64,000 bases of DNA from positions 391,902,001 to 391,966,000 of the forward strand of contig OZ024741.1 in assembly GCA_964016885.1 (NCBI GenBank), given 5' to 3'. Every line of letters begins with the position of its first letter. The first letter of the stretch is position 1. A program made the translations under genes and the position numbers. Under the pieces are notes generated by a model, which was given only the letters and a program-made list of their open reading frames with translations, had not been told where the DNA came from and did not search any database. Positions 26,880 through 39,059 of this stretch are shown here, in pieces. The DNA comes from Eledone cirrhosa (lineage: Eukaryota).

Positions 26880-28150
26880 CCAATCGAGGTTCATTTTTAT
26901 CCACAAACTTACGCAATGCTTGAATATCGTAATTTGTCTCTTAAAAAATTATTGTGCTACCTCCATTTCTTCATCTGGCTCTGACATCCCGCATATAGCT
27001 AATGTGCTATTCGTTGCCTGAACTCGATTGGATAGGTCGCAGAGAGCTTGATTGTAAATCTTGGGGTATATTCCATATACATATTACCATGATGTCTTTG
27101 GGCTAGGTGTAGCTAGTCGTCTGACGTATTGTTTTTGTACTTCTGCTAGAGTAGATGAGTTTCATCAATTCCACATGCTGTGAACATAAGAGCAAACAAC
27201 CGGTTCTTCGTGTGATAACGATCCTGTCAAATCTGTGACGAGATTAGTGATATTGTTTGAATTGCCTGTGATCTCAGTGGTGATAGTTTCTTGACTGTCG
27301 CTGTTGTTGTAGTATGAAGAATTATTGTTGCGGTGATGTTTCTTGCAAAGCCATAGGAATTTTCATTTCAGGCATTTCTTCTCGAGATTGAGGCGGTTGT
27401 GATAAACATCGCTTTATAGCAGCGGTTGTTTTCTGGAGCAGTGACTCTAGGGTTATAATTAGTTTTGGTAGTATAACGGAACATTTTTGTATGTGTTGGT
27501 GGAGTTGGTAGTTAGTGCTAAAACTGGATATATAAGAAATGAGCTTACGCGTATCCGGAATAAATGCAGCAAGACAGAAGACCAGATCACTCACACTGCA
27601 CACTTCATAGATGTACTGAAGACGAACGAAGACCCAACATCCACAGCGAATCGTCTTAGGAATCGAAGGCACCGCAGACCTAAGATCTCCTCTAACACTT
27701 TCTTCATGAAAATACTACACTTTAGCGAAAGCATAACCACAGCTATCCGCAGAGCCATTTGCAAGGAAGGGCGAGACATACAATTAGCACACTCCGGCTC
27801 GTCACAGCATGGATACCTATCTCAAAAGCAATCCAGAGACAACAACAACCAATGCTTACTGCACGGGTATGTGCCAGCGGACACATGTGGTATATAGGAT
27901 TGAATGCAGTAAATGTGTAGCCTGACTCGAGCACTCCACACCCGCATTAAAGAACACCCCAACATACATGCATCTTCATTCAAAAAACACATTGACAAAT
28001 TCAGAAACACCAACAAAAGATAACAGTTACTATTGAAGCCAGAGAGAGAAATGTGGGCAACTTAAGAACTAAGGAAGCCTTGCTCATACGTAGGCTCAGC
28101 CCACAAATAAATAACAGATTAGAACTCAGCACACAATACTTGACATAAAA
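26880..28150. mobile_element. Rearranged Penelope-like element of another family (3' part on +, probable 5' part inverted)
   Basis: 27505-28150 (+): GYIRNELTRIRNKCS, LHTRIKEH, KEALLIRRLSPQIN (PLE thumb/GIY-YIG C-terminus). The minus-strand piece upstream is more tentative. Confidence 0.65.
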
Positions 28151-28887
28151 AGACCCACCCACACATACACACGCAACATAAACAACATCTAATACAAAAA
28201 CAAAAACAAAGAAAATTGGTTCCATGAAATACTATATTGGTAATTGACGTCATTCTTCTCATAAATAACAAAATAACCATCAAACAATGCTGGAAAGCAG
28301 TTTATAAGATTTAAATCTAAATTTGATTCCAAAGAGCAGAAACTGGAACATTTTTCTCTTTATGTTCCTTATACCCTGAAGAAGGTAATTTTACGTCCTG
28401 TAATAAAGAAACAACAGCAACAAAAAACAAACAAACCGAAAGACCCCCCTCCCCCCCAAAAAAAAAGAACAACCCCCAACAAAGATTACCAGGTAACTTA
28501 CTTTTTCGCTACCTCATCTTACTGTCCATTTTGCATTGTTTTGTCTAATATCACTTTCCACATTATATATTATATACAACTATGATATTTTTCAACACGC
28601 TGACGCGTATGTATATATATGTGTGTATGTGCATATGCATATATTTATAACGTGCACACACAGACACACTTACACAAATGCACATTCACATACATACATT
28701 GACACAAATACACATACATTCACATAAACACACACATACATTTACACAACCACATACAGGGTGGTAGCAAATGAAACGCCAGTCGGTGTTTTGCTATAGT
28801 TTTTTCACCATCCCCTTCCTTCTTTTTACATACATTCACACACACACATTGTGTGACGGACGGAAGTCGTTCAGATTTATATATAGA

Positions 28888-29868
28888 CTAGCATTAAAGC
28901 CCGGCATTGCTCGGGGTCATTAAGTTACCAAAGTTAGGTTGCACCACCCATTTTATGGCAGCACTTTTTTGTCTGCCAGGCACTGGGTGAATGAATTGCA
29001 GACCTGGAAGCATGAGCTGCGCCAGCAGTGACAATTGTAGTTTCGCCTATGGATATTATCTCTGTGCAAAAAAGTGTTGAAATTTATTGTTTCACAGTAC
29101 TTGCGCAACACGCGCGTAGACAATGCCAGCCGAACAACAGAGCTGCGATGGAGTTTTTCTGCATGGTTGTCTGTGTGTTTTCTAAATTTAAGACAGTAGG
29201 GAGGGTTGTGATATGAGGGAGAGTTAGCTGTTGTTTCTAGCAGGTTTAGTGACCTCATAGAGGATATGTGTTTTCTAAATTTAAGACAGTAGGGAGTGGT
29301 GTGATATGGAGAGAGTTAGCTGCTGTTTCTAGCAGGTTTAGTGACCTCATAGAAGATATGTTTTCTAAATTTAAGACAGTAGGGAGGGGTGTGATATGGG
29401 GGAGAGTTAGCTGCTGTTTCTAGCAGGTTTAGTAACCTCATAGAAGATATGTTTTCTAAATTTAAGACAGTAGGGAGGGGTGTGATATGGGGGAGAGTTA
29501 GCTGCTGTTTCTAGCAGGTTTAGTAACCTCATAGAGGATATGTGTTTTCTAAATTTAAGACAGTAGGGAGTGGTGTGAATAGACAGTATCACCATCAAGC
29601 TTGGAAAGAGAAAGTAGCAGAAAGTATGAAGTTGTATAGATTTTGAATAGTAGTAGAAAGAGTTCAGCAGTTTAAATGAGAGAGAAAAATCGTAAAATAT
29701 TGAGTTTTATCTATTTTTTGCGTAATTGTGGGTGAAATTGAAAAAATTATCTGCGTCAAGACGCAATCGAAACTATTTCGAATACTGAATTGTAAATTTC
29801 AATTGAAGAAATTCTATATCGTAGATTTCTATAACGAAGGAGCATGACCACACACTGAGCTTTATAGA
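28888..29868 (-). mobile_element. Non-autonomous Helitron with an internal ~91-bp tandem array
   Basis: Minus strand reads A|TC...CCCGAGCAATGCCGGG hairpin...CTAG|T; 4.4 tandem units at ~29177-29577. Confidence 0.75.
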
Positions 29869-29884
29869 TTATGATGCTTCAAGC

Positions 29885-30240
29885 AAACTACTCTTCGTCG
29901 CTGTAGTGGAGTTTGAGCTGCTGTATGAGTCTGAGACTTGGACACTGACCAGGAAACTCACTCAGATGGTGTATGGGTGCTACACGAGAATGCTGAGGAT
30001 GGCTCTGAACATTAAGCAGTATACACTGAGGATGAAGAACTCAGAGCTGTACGGGAGCCTCCCAAAAGTCAGCTCGAGAGTAGCACAGAGGAGACTGAGG
30101 TTAGCTGGACATGCTCACCGACATCCAGAGTTGATACTGAACTCAGTGCTCCTGTGAGAGCCCCTGCATGGACACACTGGAAGAGGAAGACCGAGGTTGA
30201 CATATGTTGATACCCTAAGGACAGACACTGGTCTCTTGGA
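29885..30240 (+). mobile_element. RTE-type LINE 3' fragment (different family)
   Basis: LLYESETWTLT..GCYTRMLRMALN..RRLRLAGH..RGRPRLTYVD. Confidence 0.85.
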
Positions 30241-30459
30241 GAAAAAAGAGTGCTCTATGTAGGTTACAGAGCTTAATAGTTATGTAATAAACAACATAAG
30301 GCAATTATTTCATTTACCAGTGGTTTCTTAAAAGCAAACAAATTTTGCTTTCAATCATCAGAATGAAAAAATCTTGGTGTCTTTATGGACATTGGATTTT
30401 AAAAACAAAAATATAATCTATATGAAAGTGAGGCTAGAAAGGAAGAAGGAAAGGAAAAA

Positions 30460-30470
30460 TAAACACACAT

Positions 30471-30507
<37 letters not shown>

Positions 30508-30667
30508 TACATACACACACATATATACATACACATATATATACACATACATACACACACACACATATGTGTATATATACATACACATACATACACATAT
30601 ATATCAACATATCCATACATACACATACACACAAATACACAAACACGCACACACACACACACACACA

Positions 30668-30715
<48 letters not shown>

Positions 30716-31076
30716 CACACAATCATACATATATACACACGTACATACACACACATACATACACACATATATACACGCATACATACGCATGCACAAATAT
30801 AGATATATGTACACACACCTACATACGCACACACACAAATAATTATAAGAAAAAATATAATAATAAAAATATCGTCACATAAGAATAAAAATGAATATAA
30901 AAATTATTATAAAGTTGACAGCGATACAGGCAACAAATAAATGAACAAACACACGTGGTAGCAATACACACAATTGCACATACACATACATACGTAAAAA
31001 TAAATACATACACACACACATATACATATACGCATACATACACATATACATACACACACATATACATACACACACA

Positions 31077-31120
<44 letters not shown>

Positions 31121-31125
31121 TGCAA
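30460..31125. repeat. Compound (CA)n/(TA)n/(TACA)n microsatellite field (similar fields at 32140-32560, 36353-36762, 37265-37470, 38067-38403, 38812-39640)
   Basis: Directly visible; source of the many spurious YI/HT/CV-rich ORFs. Confidence 0.95.
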
Positions 31126-31134
31126 AAGTTCTAT

Positions 31135-31499
31135 TTAAAGTTGTTGGGATACAACAAGTAAATATTTTTATAACTGATATAAAGCACTCGACAAATTTTT
31201 GGAGTAGATATACGATATTAATAAATGGAAACTATATTTATAAAACCATATTTATTTCATTATACATATTTCAGGGATTCCACATTAAATTATGGTATGC
31301 CTTCATCAGACAAAATACCATATATAACAGGTTTAAAGTAATGGTTGTATTTTAAAGGGTACGTCAAACCTATTTGTAAAACTGTTATATATTGTATTTT
31401 GTCTGATGAAGGCATACCATAATTTAATGTGGTATCCCTGAAATATGTATAATGAAATAAATATGGTTTTATAAATATAGTTTCCATTTATTAATATTG

Positions 31500-31500
<1 letters not shown>
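31135..31500. repeat. Penelope-associated terminal repeat forming a ~115-bp inverted repeat with hammerhead-like cores
   Basis: 31218-31335 is the reverse complement of 31377-31495; contains CTGATGA-stem-GAAA. A related copy lies at 13830-14000. Confidence 0.75.
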
Positions 31501-31531
<31 letters not shown>

Positions 31532-31636
31532 TATCTATACATATACACAAACACATACATACAAATACATACACACGCATATGTATGTGTGTAAAACTCA
31601 TTCTTAGATGTATTCATATGAACCTTGTATAACTCT

Positions 31637-31688
<52 letters not shown>

Positions 31689-31734
31689 CACACACATATA
31701 TATACGCACATACATATACATACATACACACATA

Positions 31735-32130
31735 TCTATATATATAAAGCTGTGGTTGTCTGTCTGTCTATCGATTTTTGGCACACATCTCCTCTTAGAA
31801 TCTCTGACGGAATTGCACCGAAATTGCTATACTTGTACATTGAGTCCTAGCGAAGACATCGGAAAAAAAATATTTCAAATTGACCCACCCTATGTGACGA
31901 AATCGAATCTAATGTATCGATTTTTGAGCGTAAGTGACGAGTTATTTCCCTTTGTTCTGTTTACATTGAGCGTCTTACGTTCTGTTTAGTTTACATTTTC
32001 TGCGTGCAAAAATTAAAAAAATTACGCTGGCTTTCTCAGCGTTTAAAATGACATTAACACAATACACGAACAGTTGTCGAGCCAGCAACATTTTGACCTG
32101 CAAAATTCATCAGTTCGAACAAAATTCATC
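31735..32130 (+). mobile_element. 5' fragment of a non-autonomous Helitron-like element
   Basis: A|TCTATATATATAAAG..(GTCT)n start resembling the 5' ends of the other two Helitrons; no CTAG end found. Confidence 0.5.
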
Positions 32131-32352
32131 AGTTTCGAACACTTACATATACATATATATATATATACACACACACACAACCATACAAATACACACACAT
32201 ATACATATATATACGTATATATATACACATATAGGAAAAAGTATGACCCCACGGCAGAGCTCAAGCCGTTTATGAGGCTATTATATATATATACACACAA
32301 AAATAATTATATAAAAATACACACACACAAATATACACACGCACACACACAT

Positions 32353-32388
<36 letters not shown>

Positions 32389-32459
32389 AATACAACAGAA
32401 GCATATAAAATACAATTATATACACACATACATATACATACAGATATATAAACATACAT

Positions 32460-32520
<61 letters not shown>

Positions 32521-32799
32521 TATATACACATATGCGCAACACACACACACACACACAGAGAAATAAATATCTAAAAATAAAAAAAGATGGGTATGTGAAG
32601 GGTAAGGTAGAAAGTAGGGGGCAAAAATAAGGAAAATAAATGACAGGAAAAGGTTTAAATATAAGGGGAGATAAGGGAGAAAAAGAATATAAGAGTACAG
32701 AAAGTGAATTCAGAAGGTAAAAAAATCGTAGTGGATGTAAAGCGTAGAGAGCAGAGAAGAAGTTCAAGGTGGTTGAGTTATCGTAGGAATGTCAATCCA

Positions 32800-33335
32800 G
32801 TTACAGATCAGATGTGATTTCAGGTGAGGACAACATCTGAAGATCTCGGTCTTAGAGTTCAGGCAAGTTGAAGTGGCTTTCAAGTTTTATAAAATCCTAA
32901 ATTTTTCAGTGGTACACAAAGAACAATTCTTTGTGCCCCTTTAGTACTCCCTCGAATGGTCTAAAATAGACCAATCGATAGAGTACGGGATGTTTTTATC
33001 CTTGAATTCCCACACCTTATTTGCGAGAGCCGTTGCTGTTCTTTTATCGGAGTGTTTAAAAGAAGTGACATGTGCATAAAACCTGGTTTTTAACCTGTCC
33101 TGGGTCATGCCAACATATCGTTCACTCCTGGCTGGCTGGTTGTTAATTAAAGGTGTCACTTTGGCCTCATATACAACGGATTTGGTGTTACATTTGCCCT
33201 GTAATGGGCATTCATCCGGCTTCCTGCAACTGCATCCTGGATGTATTCTCGTACGATTGGAATTAGTGATTTTAGACTTCATTGATGGGCAGCAAGAGTA
33301 ACTGATTTTAACTACATTTCTATTAAATATCTTAT
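32800..33335 (-). mobile_element. Penelope-like element (Nematis-like) GIY-YIG endonuclease fragment
   Basis: KIFNRNVVKISYSC..CSCRKPDECPLQGKCNTKSVVYEAKV..YVGMTQDRLKTRFYAH..IDWSIL..CSLCTTEK; bracketed by the inverted repeat 32140-32320 / 33335-33550. Confidence 0.88.
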
Positions 33336-33472
33336 ATTTTTATATAATTGTTTTTGTGTGTATATATATAATAGCCTCATAAACGGCTTGAGCTCTGCCG
33401 TGGGGTTATACTTTTCCCTATATGTGTATATATATACGTATATGTATGTATATGTGTGTGTATTTGTATGGT

Positions 33473-33543
<71 letters not shown>

Positions 33544-33723
33544 GTAAGTGTGTATGTATATGCATTATTACATACAGTGATTTAATACTTATTTTCATTG
33601 ATCATTTGCTCTAGGAACTTGTTGAGTGCTCTAAATCAGCTATAAACATTTATACCCTTTTCTAATTATTTATTTATTATTTGTCGTATTCCCAACTTTT
33701 TATTTATATATATATATAATATT

Positions 33724-35742
33724 TATGATAGATTACTAAATGAGGAGAATGCATGGGAAGAAGAGACCCTACCCCAAGTAGACCCTATAGAGGGACCAGC
33801 AGTACAAGTCAGCAGCAGCGTAGTAAGTAAGGCAATCAAAGATATGAAGATGGGGAAGGCAACCGGTCCATCGGGTATAGCTACTGAGATGCTGTAGGTC
33901 ACACTATAACCACACGTATCGTGATCCAGGTAATACTAGAAGGGGCCATACCAAAAGATTGGTGCAGTAGCATCATTGTCAACTGCTACAAAGGTAAAGG
34001 CGATGCACTAGATAGAGGAAACTATAGAGGTATAAAGTTGATGGACCAGGTCATGAAAGTAACAGAAAGAGTTATAGCACAGCTGATTAGGGACCGGGTG
34101 AAAATAGACGAGATGCAATTTGGGTTTGTACCAGGAAGAGGCACCACTGATGCCCTCTCCCTTGTGAGGCAATTACAGGAAAAGTACCTAGCTAAAAGTA
34201 AGCCACTCTACTTGGCATTTATCGACCTTGAGAAAACCTTTGACAGAGTTCCACATGCTGTAATCTGGTAGGCTCTTAGAAAACTAGGAGTAGATGAATG
34301 GCTTGTGAAAGCGGTACAAGCCATGTATAGGGGAGCAGTCAGCAAAGTTAGGATTAGCAATGAGTATAGCGAGGAATTTAGCGTACAGGTTGGGGTCCAC
34401 CAGGGCTCTGTTCTTAGCCCTCTCCTGTTCATCATAGTCCTGCAGGCAATAACGGAGGAATTTAAGACCGGATGCCCATGGCAACTCCTCGCACTCATAG
34501 CTGAATCTATGGTAGAACTAGAGAATAAATTCCAAACCTGGAAGCAGGGACTAGAAAGAAAGGGTCTCAAAGTCAACATGACAAAGACTAAGGTCCTTGT
34601 AAGTAGACGAGAAAACAGAACCCAGATCCCCTCAGGGAAATGGCCTTGCTCAGTATGTAGGAAAGGTGTAGGTAGGAACTCCATTCTCTGCCCCAAATGC
34701 AAACAATGGGTACACAAGAGATGTAGCGGGATCTCAGGAAGCTTAATTAAGAATGTAGGATTCACATGCAGCAGCTGTGCTGAGACAGCAAGCAGCAAAC
34801 AGCCACAGGAAACAAGTACCACCAATCTCTGGGAGGGCCCTGTAGAAACAGTAGACAGCTTCTGCTACCTAGGTGACCAAATTAGCAACGGAGGTGGGTG
34901 TTCAGAAAGTACAATAACTAGGGTAAGAACAGGATGGAAGAAGTTTAGGGAACTACTACCACTGCTAGCTGCAAAAGGCTTCTCCCTCAGAATGAAAGGC
35001 AGACTGTATAATGCGTGTATCCGAACAGCGATGTTGCATGGTAGTGAGACCTGGGCGCTGAAGGTAGAAGACTTACGTAGATTAGAGAGAAACGAAGCCT
35101 GCATGCTCCGATGGATGTGTAACAGTAATATACGTGAACGACAAAGCATAAATGAATTGAGAGAGAGACTGAGCATAAGAGGAATCAAATGCTGTGTGCA
35201 GGAGAGGCGGTTGCGCTGGTATGGACATGTGATTCGTATGAAGGATGACAGCTGCATAAAAAAGTGCAGAGCACTAGAAGTTGATGGAAACCGCGGAGTG
35301 GGGAGACCCAAGATGACCTGGGATGAGGTGATAAAAGCCGACCTTACCCAATTACACCTCTCAAAGACAGTGACACACGACCGTGACTTCTGGCGTCACG
35401 CAGTAATACAGAGTACCCGACCTCCCATGGGTACAAGCTGAAGCATATAGACAATATGCCCCCACACCCCCCACCGCTAGGTGGTCGTGGAGGTACCACG
35501 GCAAAAAAGCACCCAGCCCACACTGTAAAGTGGACGTGTAGGCGCCACGAAAAAGCACCCAGCACTCACTGTAAATGAGGTTGGTGTTAGGAAGGGCATC
35601 CAGCTGTAGAAATCAAGCCAGATCAGTTCCTGTATGAGCAAGGCATGGTCAGCCGACCAGACACTGCCCACAACAGGACAACCCGTCTAACCCATGCTAG
35701 CGTGGAAGAACGGACGTAAAATGGTGATGATGATGATGATGA
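33724..35742 (+). mobile_element. 5'-truncated RTE LINE (RT, PHD-like finger, 3' UTR); youngest-looking copy
   Basis: 378-aa ORF, but the YADD segment is deleted (CPWQLLALIAES) and there are upstream stops; (GAT)n tail. Confidence 0.95.
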
Positions 35743-35758
35743 TTTATGTATTTTCTTT

Positions 35759-35823
<65 letters not shown>

Positions 35824-35824
<1 letters not shown>

Positions 35825-36441
35825 AGGGTGACTTTGGACATCCTGCAGGACTAAAAACAAAACCTGTCAAAGGGCAAAGGAGCTCTTAAGAGTCAATGGC
35901 CATCCAAAATCACCGGGAGAGATGACCCCTTTAGCCTTAGTCAAGGCAGAATTCTAGGAGAAGGAAAACTCTGATATAACACCTGCAACCCTGATGGTAT
36001 CCAATGATGTTGACTTGTTCTTCTTTTTGGTAAATAGCATCTTGGTTAAGAGAGTGGGACTGGCTTTGTGCAGTGCCTTTGCTCACTATAAAAGCTTCAC
36101 GGCACAGGCATTGCTTTATATCTGGAGATCTCTCTGCACTTGTCCTCACATGGGCCCAGCACTATGTGTCAATAATTGTCCTACCATGGGCCTAGCACTA
36201 TGTGTCAATGATTGTCACAGATGTAGTGTTTGTACCAGAGGTTTCAAGTCGCTGGCTGGACTAAAAAGTCACACTCGTTCAGCGCTTCGGTAGGGGTTAT
36301 CCTACATGGATGTAAAGTAGTGGCCGTACTCGAAAACGAGTTGGCAGCCACCATATATATATGTATATATATGTATGTATATGTGTGTGTATGTGTATGT
36401 ATGTATATGTATATGTGTGTGTATATGTATGTATATATATG

Positions 36442-36488
<47 letters not shown>

Positions 36489-36611
36489 GTGTGTATATAT
36501 ATATGTATATATATGTATATATATATATATGTATGTATGTGTATATGTATGTATGTATGTATATATATATATGTATATGTGTATATATATATATGTATGT
36601 ATATATATATG

Positions 36612-36674
<63 letters not shown>

Positions 36675-37376
36675 GTATATATGTATATATATATATGTAT
36701 ATGTATATATATATATATGTATATATGTATATGTATGTATATATATGTATATATATATATGTGGAGGGTGACTTTGGACATCCTGCAGGACTAAAAACAA
36801 AACCTGTCAAAGGGCAAAGGAGCTCTTAAGAGTCAATGGCCATCCAAAATCACCGGGAGAGATGACCCCTTAGCCTTTGTCAAGGCAGAATTCTAGGAGA
36901 AGGAAAACTCTGATATAACACCTGCAACCCTGATGGTATCCAATGATGTTGACTTGTTCTTCTTTTTGGTAAATATCATCTTGGTTAAGAGAGTGGGACT
37001 GGCTTTGTGCAGTGCCTTTGCTCACTATAAAAGCTTCACGGCACAGGCATTGCTTTATATCTGGAGATCTCTCTGCACTTGTCGTCACATGGTACCATGG
37101 GCCCAGCACTATGTGTCAGTAATTGTCACAAGTGTAGTGTTTGTACCAGAGTTTTCAAGTCGCTGGCTGGACTAAAAAGTCACACTTGTTCAGCGCATCG
37201 GTAGGGGTTCTCCTACATGGATATAAAGTAGTGGCCGTACTCGAAAACGAGTTGGCAGCCACCATATGTATATATATGTATGTATGTATATATATATATG
37301 TATGTATGTATATATATATATGTATGTATGTATGTATATATATGTATATATATATGTATGTATATATATATGTATG

Positions 37377-37408
<32 letters not shown>

Positions 37409-38811
37409 TGTATGTATGTATGTATGTATGTATGTATGTATGTATGTATGTATGTATGTATGTATGTATGGTTCGTTTGTGCTTTGCCGTTCGCGTATGT
37501 TGCTGTTGCACATCCGCCGGGGCATGCGGGCTTCGTTCCTCTCTGGTCTGCGTGTGTCCTCTGCGCACGGTGTCCAGGTCTCGCTGCCATGCAGCGTTGC
37601 TGTTCGTGTGCGGGCGTCGTGCGGCCTGCCTTTCATTTTTAGGGAGAGCCCTTTGGCGGCTAGTGGTGGTATGAGCTCTCTCAGCTTTTTCCGTCCAGTT
37701 CTGACTCTGGCTACTGTACTTTCGGAGCACCCTCCCCCACTGCTGATTTTGTCGCCCGGGTGGCGGAAGCTGTCCACTATTTCTATGGAGCCCTCTGCGC
37801 AGTTGGGGGAGCTGGTGTTTTGTGGGCACTTGCTGCTACTTGTTTCACCAGAGCGCCGGCCACATGTGAAATCTACGTTCTTGGTTGGCTTGCCTGTGGT
37901 CCCGCTGCATCTTTTGTGCACCCATACTTTGCATTTGGGACGTGGAGTGGAGTTTCTGCCTGCGCCTTGCCTGCACACTGGGCATGGCCATTTCCCGGAG
38001 GGGACCGGCGCCTTGTTTTCTTTCCTGCAGACTAGAACTTTGGTCTTAGCCAGGTTAATTTTAAGGATATGTATGTATGTATATGTGTGTGTGTATGTAT
38101 ATATATATGTGTATGTATGTATATATATGTGTATGTGTATGTATATATATATATGTGTGTGTATGTATGTATATATGTGTATGTATATGTATGTATGTAT
38201 ATGTATGTATATATATGTGTGTATATGCATATGTATGTGTATATGTATATATATGTATATATGTGTGTATATGTATGTATATATGTGTGTATATGTATGT
38301 ATATATGTATGTGTGTATGTATATGTGTGTATGTATGTGTATGTGTATATATATGTATGTATATGTGTGTATCTATATATATATATATGTATGTATGTAT
38401 GTAGGGAGAGATGACCCCTTAGCCTTTGTCAAGGCAGAATTCTAGGAGAAGGAAAACTCTGATATAACACCTGCAACCCTGATGGTATCCAATGATGTTG
38501 ACTTGTTCTTCTTTTTGGTAAATATCATCTTGGTTAAGAGAGTGGGACTGGCTTTGTGCAGTGCCTTTGCTCACTATAAAAGCTTCACGGCACAGGCATT
38601 GCTTTATATCTGGAGATCTCTCTGCACTTGTCATCACATGGTACCAAGGGCCCAGCACTATGTGTCAATAATTGTCACAGGTGTAGTGTTTGTACCAGAA
38701 TTTTCAAGTCACTGGCTGGACTAAAATATCACCCGTTCAGCGCATCGGTAGGGGTTTTCCTACATGGATATAAAGTAGTGGCCGTACTCGAAAACGAGTT
38801 GGCAGCCACCA
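35824..38811 (+). repeat. Three direct copies of a ~0.4-0.5-kb unit (35824-36353, 36764-37264, 38404-38811) separated by TA/TG microsatellites; LINE 3'-end derived
   Basis: Near-identical sequence in all three. Encodes a remnant C-terminal zinc finger [17 protein letters not shown] typical of some RTE LINE ends. Confidence 0.85.
37471..38066 (-). mobile_element. RTE LINE fragment, A>G hypermutated on the + strand
   Basis: Collinear with 9061-9650 and 34565-35160 in reverse. Conserved residues are changed almost only by sense T>C (C>R, W>R, L>P, Y>H, I>T, F>L). Confidence 0.93.
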
Positions 38812-38851
38812 TGTATGTATATGTATGTGTGTATATATATGTGTGTGTATG

Positions 38852-38894
<43 letters not shown>

Positions 38895-39016
38895 TTAAGA
38901 GTTATACAAGGTTCATATGAATACATCTAAGAATGAGTTTTACACATACATATGTGTGTATGTATTTATATGTATGTGTCTGTGTATATGTATGTATATA
39001 TATATGTGTGTATATA

Positions 39017-39059
<43 letters not shown>

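Noticed and set aside
29177-29577. Regular repeat array resembling CRISPR
   Set aside because: Whole units repeat with no unique spacers, the context is eukaryotic and there are no cas genes.
34305-35441. 378-aa RT ORF as an active LINE or domesticated gene
   Set aside because: 5'-truncated, catalytic YADD segment deleted, and upstream in-frame stops.
37155-38414. Long ORFs on both strands across the GC-rich patch, as a possible novel gene
   Set aside because: Openness is a by-product of A>G conversion removing stops plus the flanking microsatellites; conserved RTE residues are destroyed.
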